From Octopus vulgaris (taxonomy: Eukaryota): DNA of 64,000 nt. Shown here piece after piece: positions 52,964-64,000 of this stretch; the stretch's first letter is position 1; every line of letters starts with the position of its first letter. The stretch covers positions 52,080,001 through 52,144,000 of the forward strand of contig OX597814.1 of assembly GCA_951406725.2 (NCBI GenBank). Reading direction: 5' to 3'. The notes under the pieces are model-generated. The model worked only from the letters and a program-made list of their open reading frames with translations. It was not told where the DNA came from and ran no database searches. A program made the position numbers and the translations under genes.

Positions 52964-53754
52964 GTGTGAGTGTGCATGTGTGTGAGTGTGCGTGCGTGCA
53001 TGTGTGTGTGTGAGTGTGCATTCATGCATATGTATATTTTTAAATTCTTTTTAACTCTTTCAGTGTTAAACAGTCTGCTGTCTGGGCTGATGCACAGTTG
53101 ACAAAACTGCTGTGTAATTAAAATTAGGGATTATTGATGGCTTTTTTGTGCCTCATTAAACAAAATAAACATGGATATTTTTACTTGCATGTGGTTGAAT
53201 GCCATATGCTGCTAGCAATTCAATTAAATTTGTATGTAGCTATGAAAGCACTAAATAGTTTCAATGGAATAAAGGTAAAATTTTACTTCAATGGTAAGAA
53301 TTTTAGAGGAAAGATTTCACAAAGTAATAAGCCAGTACTTAAATTTTCTTTCCAATCCATCAAATTTTTCATACAATCTATTCTGTCAAATGTCTAGAAT
53401 CTTCAAAATATAGCATGAAAAGCAATACTAAGAATTGTAGTTAATATATACTCTGGTTAAGGTAGCAAGTTGGCAGACTCATTAGTGTGCTGGACAAAAT
53501 GTTTAGCAGTATTCCATCTGTCTTTACATTCTCTGTTCAAATTCCACGGAGGTCAACTTTACCTTTTGTCCTTTTTGGATAAATACCAGCTGAACTCTGG
53601 GGTCAGTGTAATTGACTTACCCCCAACCCCTCCTACTTCTGGCCTTGTGCCAAGATTTGAAACCAATATATATTCTGATTAGTGGTGGTAATAACCTTGT
53701 AATATTGGTTATGAATATAGGTCATGAGTATACTCCAGTCGTTAACTTGTAATG

Positions 53755-54688
53755 CAAGGTGATATCAAAAAATTCCTGGACTAGTTCTGTAGTACACCAA
53801 CAAATGGCAGAACATGGTTGCATGCACAGTGAGAGCTAGCAGTGACTTCCATGAGTCAGTGTGCTGAGTGACATTGCTGTGCTTACTTCACAAGTTGTGG
53901 AATTTGTTTTTGTGATCACATGTATGGATACACATGTGATTATATGTATGCGATTTCTGTCATGGACAGAAAGTTGGAACAAAGAGCCAATGTGAAATTT
54001 TGTGTTAGACTTGGGAAGTCTGCTCCAGAGGAATTGAGCATGCTTCAGCAAGCTTACAGTGACAAGGTAATGGGTCGTACACAATGTTTCGAGTGGCATG
54101 GTTGCTTTAAAAGTGGAAGAACGTCCCTGGAAGACAATGAGTGATCTGAGAGACCTGCCACAAGCATCACCCCTGGAAATAGGGAGAAAATTCATCAGCT
54201 TGCGCATGAGTATCATCAGAGGGCAATCAATGATGTTTTGAAGAGTTTTAGAGAGGCCATTCAGCGAAAGTAACTGAATCTGTGGAGCATAAAGAATTGG
54301 ATTCTTCACAATGACAAGGCACCCCGTCACTGAGTTCTCCTCACCCGTGAGTTTCTTACCAAAAACAAAATGGTATCACTTCTCCTCACAAAATGGTATC
54401 ATTTGCCAGATTTAGCACTTGTGAACTTCCATCTCTTCCCCAAGAAGAAAATGCAGCTCAAAGGTTGCCATTTTAACACCATTGTTGAGATCAAGAACAA
54501 ATTGGAGAAGGTCATTGGCTTGCTTATGAAAAATGACTTCCAAGCAGGATTCCAAAAGTGGCAGGAATGCTGAGACCAGTGTATTGCTGTGCAAGGTTAT
54601 TATTTCAAAGGAGATTATGTAAAACTTGGATAAATAAGTTATTTTCTATTAAACATAACTAGTCCAGGAACTTTTTGATACCACCTCA
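53755..54688 (+). mobile_element. Internally deleted mariner
   Basis: TIRs AGGTGATATCAAAAAATTCCTGGACTAGTT / AACTAGTCCAGGAACTTTTTGATACCACCT. EQRANVKFCVRLGKS and PDLALVNFHLFPK motifs. Confidence 0.9.
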
Positions 54689-56787
54689 TAACTTCCAATA
54701 TCACAGCTCAACAAGTAATTTTCATCACAGATGATTTCAGGTATTTTTAAACTATTCTTCTTGTTTTCTTTTCTTTTCTTACACTGACTTTAAAACACTT
54801 ATTGGTTTTCCCTATGGATGTATATTTTTTGAGATATGGTTATTTGTTGTTTTGGGTTTCATCACCTTCCTTGTAAGTGATGATTCAACTTAGGTATTTT
54901 ACATTTTTATCTTTAAATTTATTAATAAATGCATAAATAGCATGACTCATCTACTATATTATTTTTTATTAAAATATATATTAAATTTTCTGAGGTTATA
55001 TAACATATCTTAGTTATACTATTGACATGCGTAGAGAATGTAAAATTAGCCAGACCTTGTTTTGCTGTTTCAGTAACTTCACAACTATGTTACAACAGTG
55101 ACCTGTTACAATATATGTTAATTATCCACTAAGTGATCATAAGTCATAGGCAACTCATTCAATTTGTAAACTCAGATTTTAACCATTCAGCTATTGTGAT
55201 TCTTCACTGAATTTTGATATTGCTTTGTGTAATACTATATATTCTATTGAGATTACAGATCAGTTATTATCTAGGTTCACTTGATTGGGTCAGTCTTGAT
55301 GAAGCATTTTCAAGCACAGAGAATCTACATTATCCAATACATTATCCAATGTGTCTTCCTATTTTTAAGACTACAAGCTGTTCATTAAGAACGTTTTTGA
55401 GTAGTGTCTCTACTATTCCAAGTGACCACATGGAAGCCTACTTATTAACTCATTAGATCACTTGTATGTTTGGAAGTTGGACAACCAGTCAAGAGATTGA
55501 CAGTTCACATATCGCTCTTGTGCTCTGCATTATTTCTATGGCTAATCCCTTTAACTCTCAATAACTAAATCCACCTTATGCTAAGATATTTCAATGTGGC
55601 ATAATTCTCCTCTGTGAGGACTGGCCCACTGATTAATAATAATGGTTTCAAATTTTGGCACAAAGCCAGTAATTTTAGGGGGAGGTGTTTCATTGATTCC
55701 ATTTTGATTAGTACTTTATTTTATTGACCTCAGAGGGATGAAAGGCAAAGTTGACCCTGGTGGGATTTGAATTTGATATGTAAAACAAGGTATAGAACAA
55801 ATACTCCAAACCATTTTTTTCAGAGTCTCTAATAATTCTGCCAGCTTGCCACCTTCAATGGTTTCAAATGTTTGGCACAAAGCTAGCAATTTTAGAGGTA
55901 GAGTGTAAGTTGATTACATCAGACTAATACTTTATTTTATTAATCTTGAAGTTAGAAGAAATGCTATTAAGCCTTTTGTGCAACCCTATAACAATTCTAC
56001 TAGACCACCACCATACATGTGCTGATGGCCACAAGAGTCAATCCATTGGGGAGATGCGACACATTGGCTGCCAGATAGCCAGATGCCAGCTGTGTGCTCA
56101 GTAACTGTTGTTGAATACTTGTGGATTTACTCTTTTTGCCTTAGCACACATACCATGGTACAAATTCCAGGTATGGCCATCACATCTACGTAAGACTACC
56201 TTGGACTATTTCATCCAATTTATCCTTTCTCAATTTAAGATGGTTGGAAGCAGTTTGAAGGAGATTTATTTCTAGCAAATCAAACAACAATATATGTTCT
56301 TAGGTTCTAAATTCTTTAAGATGTTTTTTTTATTTAATTTAAGATCATAAACATCAAAACACTACTATTATCTTTACTATTCAACAGATTGTTAAGAAAG
56401 TGAAACTCACTTCTCTAAAGAGTGATCTGGCAGTATTGAGTTAAAGTTGTTCTGTAGTGCTGGGGAAAATAATGTAGGCAATACAATCCCAGTATGTTCT
56501 CTGAAAAACCATATTGATGCTTCATATACAGGGTTTCATAATTTGTGTTTGACCTCAAAGTTATTATGACAAATCTTTAGCTTGTTTCAGTCTTTGGACT
56601 GCACCATGTTAAGGCACCATTTTGAAGTATTTAGTCGAACAAATCAACCCCAGTACTTATTTTTGTAAGTTTCATACTCATTCTGTCAGACTCTTTTGCC
56701 AAACCAAAATATAGGGGACATAAAGCAACACTGGTCGTCTAGCAATGGTGGAGTGTACAAACACAAAGACACATATACATACATATA

Positions 56788-57092
56788 TCATCATCATCAT
56801 CATCATCATCGTTTAGCATCCACTTTCCATGCTGGGATGGGTTGGATTGTTTGACAGAGGAGTGGCAAGCCAGGAAGCTGTACAAGGCTCCAATCTGATC
56901 TGGTAAGGTTTCTACAGCTGGATGCCCTTCCTAATGCCAACCACTCCGAGAGTGTAGTGGGTGCTTTTTACATGCCATCAGCATGGGGCCAGTCAGGCAG
57001 CACTGGCATTGACGATACTCGAATGGTGCTTTTTATGTGCCACTGGCATGGGAGCCAGTCAGGTGGCACTGGCATCAACCACGCTTGAACGG
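56788..57092 (-). mobile_element. RTE 3'-UTR repeat
   Basis: (CAT)n tail and family motif. Confidence 0.88.
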
Positions 57093-57121
57093 TCAATGCC
57101 AGTGGTGATGCCATATATATA

Positions 57122-58415
57122 CATACATAAGAGGTGCAGCAATGTCATAGGAAGGGTAACTAGGAAGATGGTTTTTGTATGTGGCAGATGCTCAGGAGCA
57201 TTAACCTCTGAAAATCTGCAGAAAACAACTTCCGTCACTTTCCAGGGGGAAAAACTAGAAGTAGTTGATAACTTCCGTTATCTTGGTGACCAAGTCAGTA
57301 GTGGGGGTGGGTGTGCTGAAAGTGTAACGGCTAGAGTAAGAATAGCCTGGGCAAAGTTTAGGAGCTCTTACCTCTGCTGGTGACTAAAGGCCTCTTGCTC
57401 AGAGTAAAAGGCAGACTGTATGATGCATGTGTACAAACAGCCATGCTACATGGCAGTGAAACATGGGCCGTGACTGCTGAGGACATGCGTAAGCTCGCGA
57501 GAAATGAAGCCAGTATGCTCCGATGGATGTGTAATGTCAGTGTGCATGCTCGACAGAGCGTTAGTACCCTGAGAGAAATGTTGGACCTAAGGAGCATCAG
57601 TTGTGGTGTGCAAGAGAGACGATTTCGCTGGTATGGTCATGTGGCGAGAATGGATGAAGATAGGTGTGTGAAAAAGTGCCAATCCCTAACAGTGGAGGGA
57701 ACCCATGGACGAGGTGGTGAAGCACGTCCTTCGAACTTTAGGTCTCACTGAGGAAATGACCAGCGACTGAGACCTTTGGAAATATGCTGTGCATGAAAAG
57801 ACCAGGCAGGACAAGTGAGTCCAGCCCACTTATGCATGCCTTTCCTCCCTTGGACACACAAAGACCTGTTGAGGCAAGCGAAGTCGATATCGAACCTCAT
57901 CCGATGACAGGCACCTATGCCTACCCCACTTTGCTTGCGAAGACCTGTTGGGGCAAGTGAAATCGGAATCGAAATTGAACCAATCCTATGACTGGCACCC
58001 GGCAAATGCCAGGACCCCTGGACTGGAGATACGTAAAAAGCACTATCCGAATCGTGGCCGATGCCAGCACTGCCTCGACTGGCTTCCGTGTCGGTGGCAC
58101 GTAAAAAGCACCATCCGAATCGTGGCCGAAGCCAGTGCCGCCTCGACTGGCTTCCGTGCAGGTGGCACGTAAAATGCACCAATCCAACCGTGGCCGATGC
58201 CAGCCACGCCTGGCACCAGTGCAGGTGGCACGTAAAAAGCACCCACTACACTCACGGAGTGGTTGGTGTTAGGAAGGGCATCCAGCTGTAAAAACATTAC
58301 CAGATAAGACCGGAGCCTGGTGCAGCCTTCTGGCTTCCCAGATCCCCGGTCGAACCGTCCAACCCATGCTAGCATGGAGAACGGATGTTAAACGATGATG
58401 ATGATGATGATGATA
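57122..58415 (+). mobile_element. 5'-truncated RTE LINE with complete 3' UTR and (GAT)n tail
   Basis: HKRCSNV...CGRC, FRYLGDQVS and RFRWYGHVARM motifs, closely similar to the 1-1787 copy. Shows that the dispersed minisatellite-bearing repeat is the RTE 3' UTR. Confidence 0.95.
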
Positions 58416-59424
58416 TCATCATGATATATATATATATAGTTTAAATTTACAGAAAACAAAAGACAAAGACAGATGAGGGAACAACACACAGGTGTATTAG
58501 TTTGACACTCAGGAACAATGGAAAAGTCTTTGACATTTTGAGCCTACACTCTTTGACTGAAAGTGCTGAGACAAAAAAAAAATGGAGAATGGAAGAAAAT
58601 GTGTAGGGATCAATAATTCAACATGATGAAATGACCAGAAGAAAGAGGCTGAGTGAAAAGGAGATAATAACCATGACCAAACACACACACACACAGTATA
58701 TATGACAGACTTCCATAGTTTCTGTCTACCAAATTCACTTACAAGGCATTGGTTGGCCAAGAACTGTAGTAGAAGACCCTTGCTCAAGATGTCACACAGT
58801 GGGACTGAACCTAAAATCACATGGTTGCAAAGACAATCTTCTTAACCTCACAGCTATGCCTATACCTCTATATATAAAACTTCATGCTACTATATTCTGT
58901 TGTTGCTGATATTTGTTTTGACCCAGGTCAGCTCTGACTGAGCAGACTTGTGATCAAAGACATTTCAGCCATGAGCTCCCCATAATATTCAGATAACAGT
59001 CTAACCAGAACTACATAATTAATGTTACCTTCTTTCTTTTTTAAAAAGACAATATGGTGAAATATGATAGTAAATAGCTGTTATGTCTCACAGATCATAT
59101 TACTAAGTAGAGGCCTTATTGGCTTGTACCACATTCTATTTCTATTGCAACTGTAATGGATTTGGTAGTTGTAATAGCATTTGTCATTGCTGTTGTTGTT
59201 GCTGTTTTTATTGTTGCTGTTATTGTTTGTCTCTGTTCACAAGCTTTAAATGTGGATGAGTTTTCTAATTGAGTATGACACCCATCGTTGGCTGTGTGGT
59301 AAGTAGCTTGTTTACCAACCACATGGTTCCGGGTTCAGTCCCACTGCGTGGCACCTTGGGCAAGTGTCTTCTACTATAGCCTCGGGCCGATTTGGTAGAC
59401 GGAAACTGAAAGAAGCCCGTCGTA

Positions 59425-59469
<45 letters not shown>

Positions 59470-61604
59470 GTGTGTGTGTGTGTGTTTGTGTGTCTGTGTT
59501 TGTCCCCCTAGCATTGCTTGACAACCGATACTGGTGTGTTTATGTCCCCGTTACTTAGCAGTTCGGCAAAAGAGACCGATAGAATAAGTACTGGGCTTAC
59601 AAAAGAATAAGTCCCGGGGTCGAGTTGCTCGATTAAAGGCGGTGCTCCAGCATGGCCGCAGTCAAATGACTGAAACAAGTAAAAGAGTAAAGAGTAAAAG
59701 AGTAAAGGTATTTATTGTTTCCTCTTTGTTCTTTCGAGCAAAAGTGACTTTTTATTAGAATATTTTGTTTCACTTTAATTCCTGTTACATTTTAAACAAC
59801 ATGGTGACAAAATAATGACAAGGAAGTTATACCCACTGAATGAACAAAATCATTTGCAAAGATAGCGCATAAAAAACAGAAAAAGATATTTATGAACATT
59901 TAAAAAAAAATAATGATGCATCTAGTGTATCTCGCGATTCATACAGCAACAATAACAGCACACAACTTTTCAAGCACATGTTCACAAATGTCATGTCAAA
60001 CAAGGAGGTTTTGGACTTTAGAAGTGCTTCTGCTGGAGATGTAAATGTGGTAAAACTGTCTGATGGAAAGCTTTCTCTCTTTACCTCAAGATTTCCTCCA
60101 AGAGCAGGAAAAAAGAAAATTGACAGACTTATAACCTCATGAAGACAATAAGGGACCTTTTGAGTATCTTTTAAAAATGATTTGAAACTAGTATATGTAT
60201 GGAAGAATATTTTGTCTATTGAATAAATTAAAATTTATGGTACTGTCTACTTGCTTTTGAGGGCAGATGACAAAAAGAGGGAACAGGCTAAATAGATAAA
60301 ATCCATCCCACCCATATAATTATACCACTGTATGGTATGTCAAGCAACATATTGGTGACTATGAGGAACATTGCTAGTAACATTAATATTTGGTTTGTTG
60401 TCACCTTTGTGGTGCAATATCACTTTTGGCTTCCTCCTCCTCCTCAATGCTGTTGCCACCACTGCTATCACCATTGTTGTCGTCATCATCATCATCATCA
60501 TTATAGCACCAAATAAGCTAGCAGAATTGTTAGAGCATCAGAAAAATGTTTTGTGGTATTTGTTCTGCATCTGTACAGTCTTAGTTCAAACCATGTCCAG
60601 ATCAACTTTGCCTTTCACCCATGTGGAGTTGATAAAATAAATTATCAGTCAAGTACTAGCATGAGAGAGAGTGGGAAGAGGATAGATAGGGAGTGAGGGG
60701 TGGATACAGAGGAGAGAGGGAGAAAGAAGGTGAGATAATAAGAAAGAAAAGGGTGAGAGGGAGAGAGAGAGATAGAGAGATAAAAGACAGGATGAGAGAA
60801 GGAGTGAGAATGAGAGGAGGAGTGAGGACATGGAGAGATAGGACAAAGGAGAAAGGAGAGACAGAGAAAGGATAACAGGAGAGAGAGAGATAAAAGAAAA
60901 AGAATTTGTGTTATTTGTGTGAACCAAAGCTGAGTCTAGGTCTAGATCTACCATAAATTGATCCAAATTTAAATCTAACCATGATCAACTACTATGGACC
61001 TCTATGTGGTCACTTAAATTGTTTGAAATAGAAGCCAAATTTCTCTCAAGTTACAACTTACCAACTTACAAGAAAGGATGTTTACATTGGATAGTCCTAG
61101 CTGTATTAAAGGGTGGGTTGGTCAAGCCTGGGAAGCATCAGAGTTGACCTGGGACTAAACAACAACTACAATGTTAATGTAAGTATATAAACATAACTTG
61201 TTCATCCTTGACCCATCTCCTCACTATATTTGTCCTTTAATCTCTTTTGTCACTCTTGTAACACCTCAGCATCTGTTGTTATCTGTTAACAATATATGAC
61301 AGATTGCAATAAACCTCCTGTTTTTCTCTTTCATTTACACTTCCAGTGAATTATCATTTGTTTCAAATTCTGTTGCTTCCTGGATCAGATTCCATTGCTA
61401 CAGAAGAATATAGAGACATTTACATCCTAAATGATATAGTTGATTGAATTACAATGAACAGAAGTTTTCAAGTTGAAAGAATCTATGAAAGATTATGTGA
61501 CATGGCTAGTCGAAAATATATATATATAGAATGAGAAGAAAAAAAACGATAAATATACACTAACATTATTTTACTTGCACTGTTTTAAAATTATTGTCAA
61601 TGTA

Positions 61605-62798
61605 AATATATCTGTGGCAGATGTACAGGGACAATAAACACTGAAGATGTACAGAAAACAGATTCCATCACATGCCAGAAGAAAAACTAGAAGTAGTTGA
61701 TAGCTTCTGCTACCTAAGCGACCAAGTCTGTAGTGGGGTTGCTGTGAGAGTGTAGCAGCTAGAATAAGAATAGCCTGGGCAAAGTTCAGAGAGCTCCTAC
61801 CTCTGTTAGCAACAAAAGACTTCTCACTCAGGATGAAAAGTAGACTATACGATGTCTGTGTGTGAACTGCCATGCTACACGGCAGTGAAACATGGGCCAT
61901 GGCTGCTGAGGACATGCGCAGGCTTGATAGAAATGAAGCTACTATGATCAGCTGGATGTGTAATGTCAGTGTTCATACATGACAGAGTGTGAGTGCCCTG
62001 AGAGAAATGTTGGACATAAGAAGCATCAAATGTGGTGTGCAAGAGAGACCACTGCACTGGTATGGTCATGTGTTATGTATGGATGAGGACAGCTTTGTGA
62101 GGAAATGTCACACCCTAACTGTGGAAGTAACTAGTGAAAGAGGTAGAGCCAGAAAAACATGAGATAATGTGGTGAAGCATGACCTTCGAACATTAGGCCT
62201 CACAGAGGCACTAACAGGAGACCAAGACCATTGGAGATATGCTGTGATTGAAAAGACCCGGCAACTAAAGTGAGATTGCAGCCATGGCTGATGCCAGTGT
62301 TGCATGTCTGGCCTATTTAAGAGTACCCTTGATGCGTCAGGTGATATGATATGCTTGAGAAGGCCTATTGAGTCAAGTAAAACCAAATTCGTAGCTGTGG
62401 CCAGTGCTCCCTGACTGGCTCCCATTCCAGTGGCACATAATATGCATCATCCGAATGTGGTCGATGTCAGTGTCCCTTGACTGGCTCCCATGCTGGTGGC
62501 ACATAAAAAGCACCATCTGAATGTGGCCGATGCCAGTACCCCTTGACTTGGCTCCCATGCCGGTGACATGTAAAAAGCATTATCCAAGCATGATCGATAC
62601 CAGGCCCGCTTGATTGGCTCCTGTGCTGGTGGCACATAAAAAGCACCCACTACACTCTCGGAGTGGTTGGCATTAGGAAGGGCATCCAGCTGTAGAAACA
62701 TTGCCTGATCAGATTGGAGCCTGGTGCATCTGCTGGCTTTACAGACCTCAGTCAAACTGTCCAACACATGCAAGCATGGAAAACGGACATTAAACAAC

Positions 62799-62835
<37 letters not shown>
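61605..62835 (+). mobile_element. 5'-truncated, decayed RTE LINE with 3' UTR and (GAT)n tail
   Basis: Collinear with 57122-58415. Confidence 0.92.
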
Positions 62836-64000
62836 TCTCAACAATTCTTGAAAAAAAATTTGTCATTCATGAGCAAATAAAAATTAATGCTTGCTATTCA
62901 GTATCACTAAAAAGATTATTGGGATGTTGGTTTAGTTGTTTTGTTGTTTTGTGTTTTGTTTTGCATTGCATTTGGGTTTGTTTTTGTTCTTGGTCTTTTC
63001 TAGTGCATGTTTTTTTCCTTCTTCTTTCTTTTTTCCAGGTTCTAGTGAGGAAATTATTCCATTAAACTGTACTGAAATATCTGTCTGAATTTTTTATGTG
63101 ACACCTTTGAAGTTATGTTAGAATAACTTTATTACAGCCATTGAGAATGGAGCTGAAACAAACTAATCAATTATTGATAATAGTGATACTATCGAGGATC
63201 TGTCAATAGACAGCTACAATAGGTTTCTCTGCTACATTGGAAAGAACATGATATTTTATGACATTAACATGTTGGGCTTTGAAAGAGTCAAATAAGCAGA
63301 AATGTTAGAGCTTTGTATTAATGCCTCACAGTAATTAGTCTGACCGTTCTTGTGTTTAAGTAACACCTGACTTAACTTTCATTTGTTTGGAGCGAATGAA
63401 TAACTAACCAGTCCTATGCTAAGCTCAATCTAATGAACTCAACAGCCACCTTTAAAAAATTGATTTTGTCACGTGAATTAGCAGAAGCATGAGCATGTCA
63501 GACAAAATGCTTCATGGTATTTATTCTAACTTCATACATTCTAAATTGAAATGCCTACAAGGTCAACTTTGATTTTCATTCTTGTAGGGTTAATAAAGTT
63601 ACCAGTCTGAGGTAGTAAATCATTAGAGTGTTGGATGGGATATCTTTGAGCATTTGTTTGAATACTTTACATTCTAAGTTCAAATCCTACTATTGTCTAC
63701 CTGGGTGGTAGACTTAATTTATTGCCTGATTTAACTCCGACTGGCACCTTGATTCCTTTAAGTTGTGTTATAAGCATTCTATTGCAAACATTTGGGTAAG
63801 GTCAGCAGTTTGAGGATATTTTCCCCTTCTCTCTTGCCACTGCACGTTCCCCTCACTAAAACTTTAAAAAAAACATACAGTGTTTTGATATGGGGAAAAC
63901 CTGCTAATCTCTTTAGACAATCAGCATTCAATTTTGCTTAAATGATTCAACTTCAGCAAATTAACAGAAAGAACTATAAAAATACTTTTTAAAATTCTTT

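Overview
This is AT-rich, microsatellite-dense eukaryotic DNA, not a prokaryotic locus. The repeat families look like those of a coleoid cephalopod, probably Octopus (inference from recalled repeat families, not a database search). Most of the window is decayed transposons: RTE-clade LINEs, tRNA-derived SINEs, mariner/Tc1 elements, piggyBac-type MITEs, three non-autonomous Helitrons and Penelope-like fragments. Nearly all ORFs in the supplied track are transposon remnants or microsatellite artefacts. One real host exon, missed by the ORF track, lies on the minus strand at 14621-14684: it encodes MGKRGSKLCSTEMKELVASTY, the N-terminus of an NCS-1/frequenin-type neuronal calcium sensor, so positions 1-14620 are probably intronic. 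The most interesting observations are a triplicated exon-like cassette carrying miR-2 K-box sites inside that intron, a dispersed set of minimal hammerhead-ribozyme-like motifs with variant cores, a Penelope-like GIY-YIG remnant between inverted repeats, and a Helitron carrying unexplained CpG-rich cargo.
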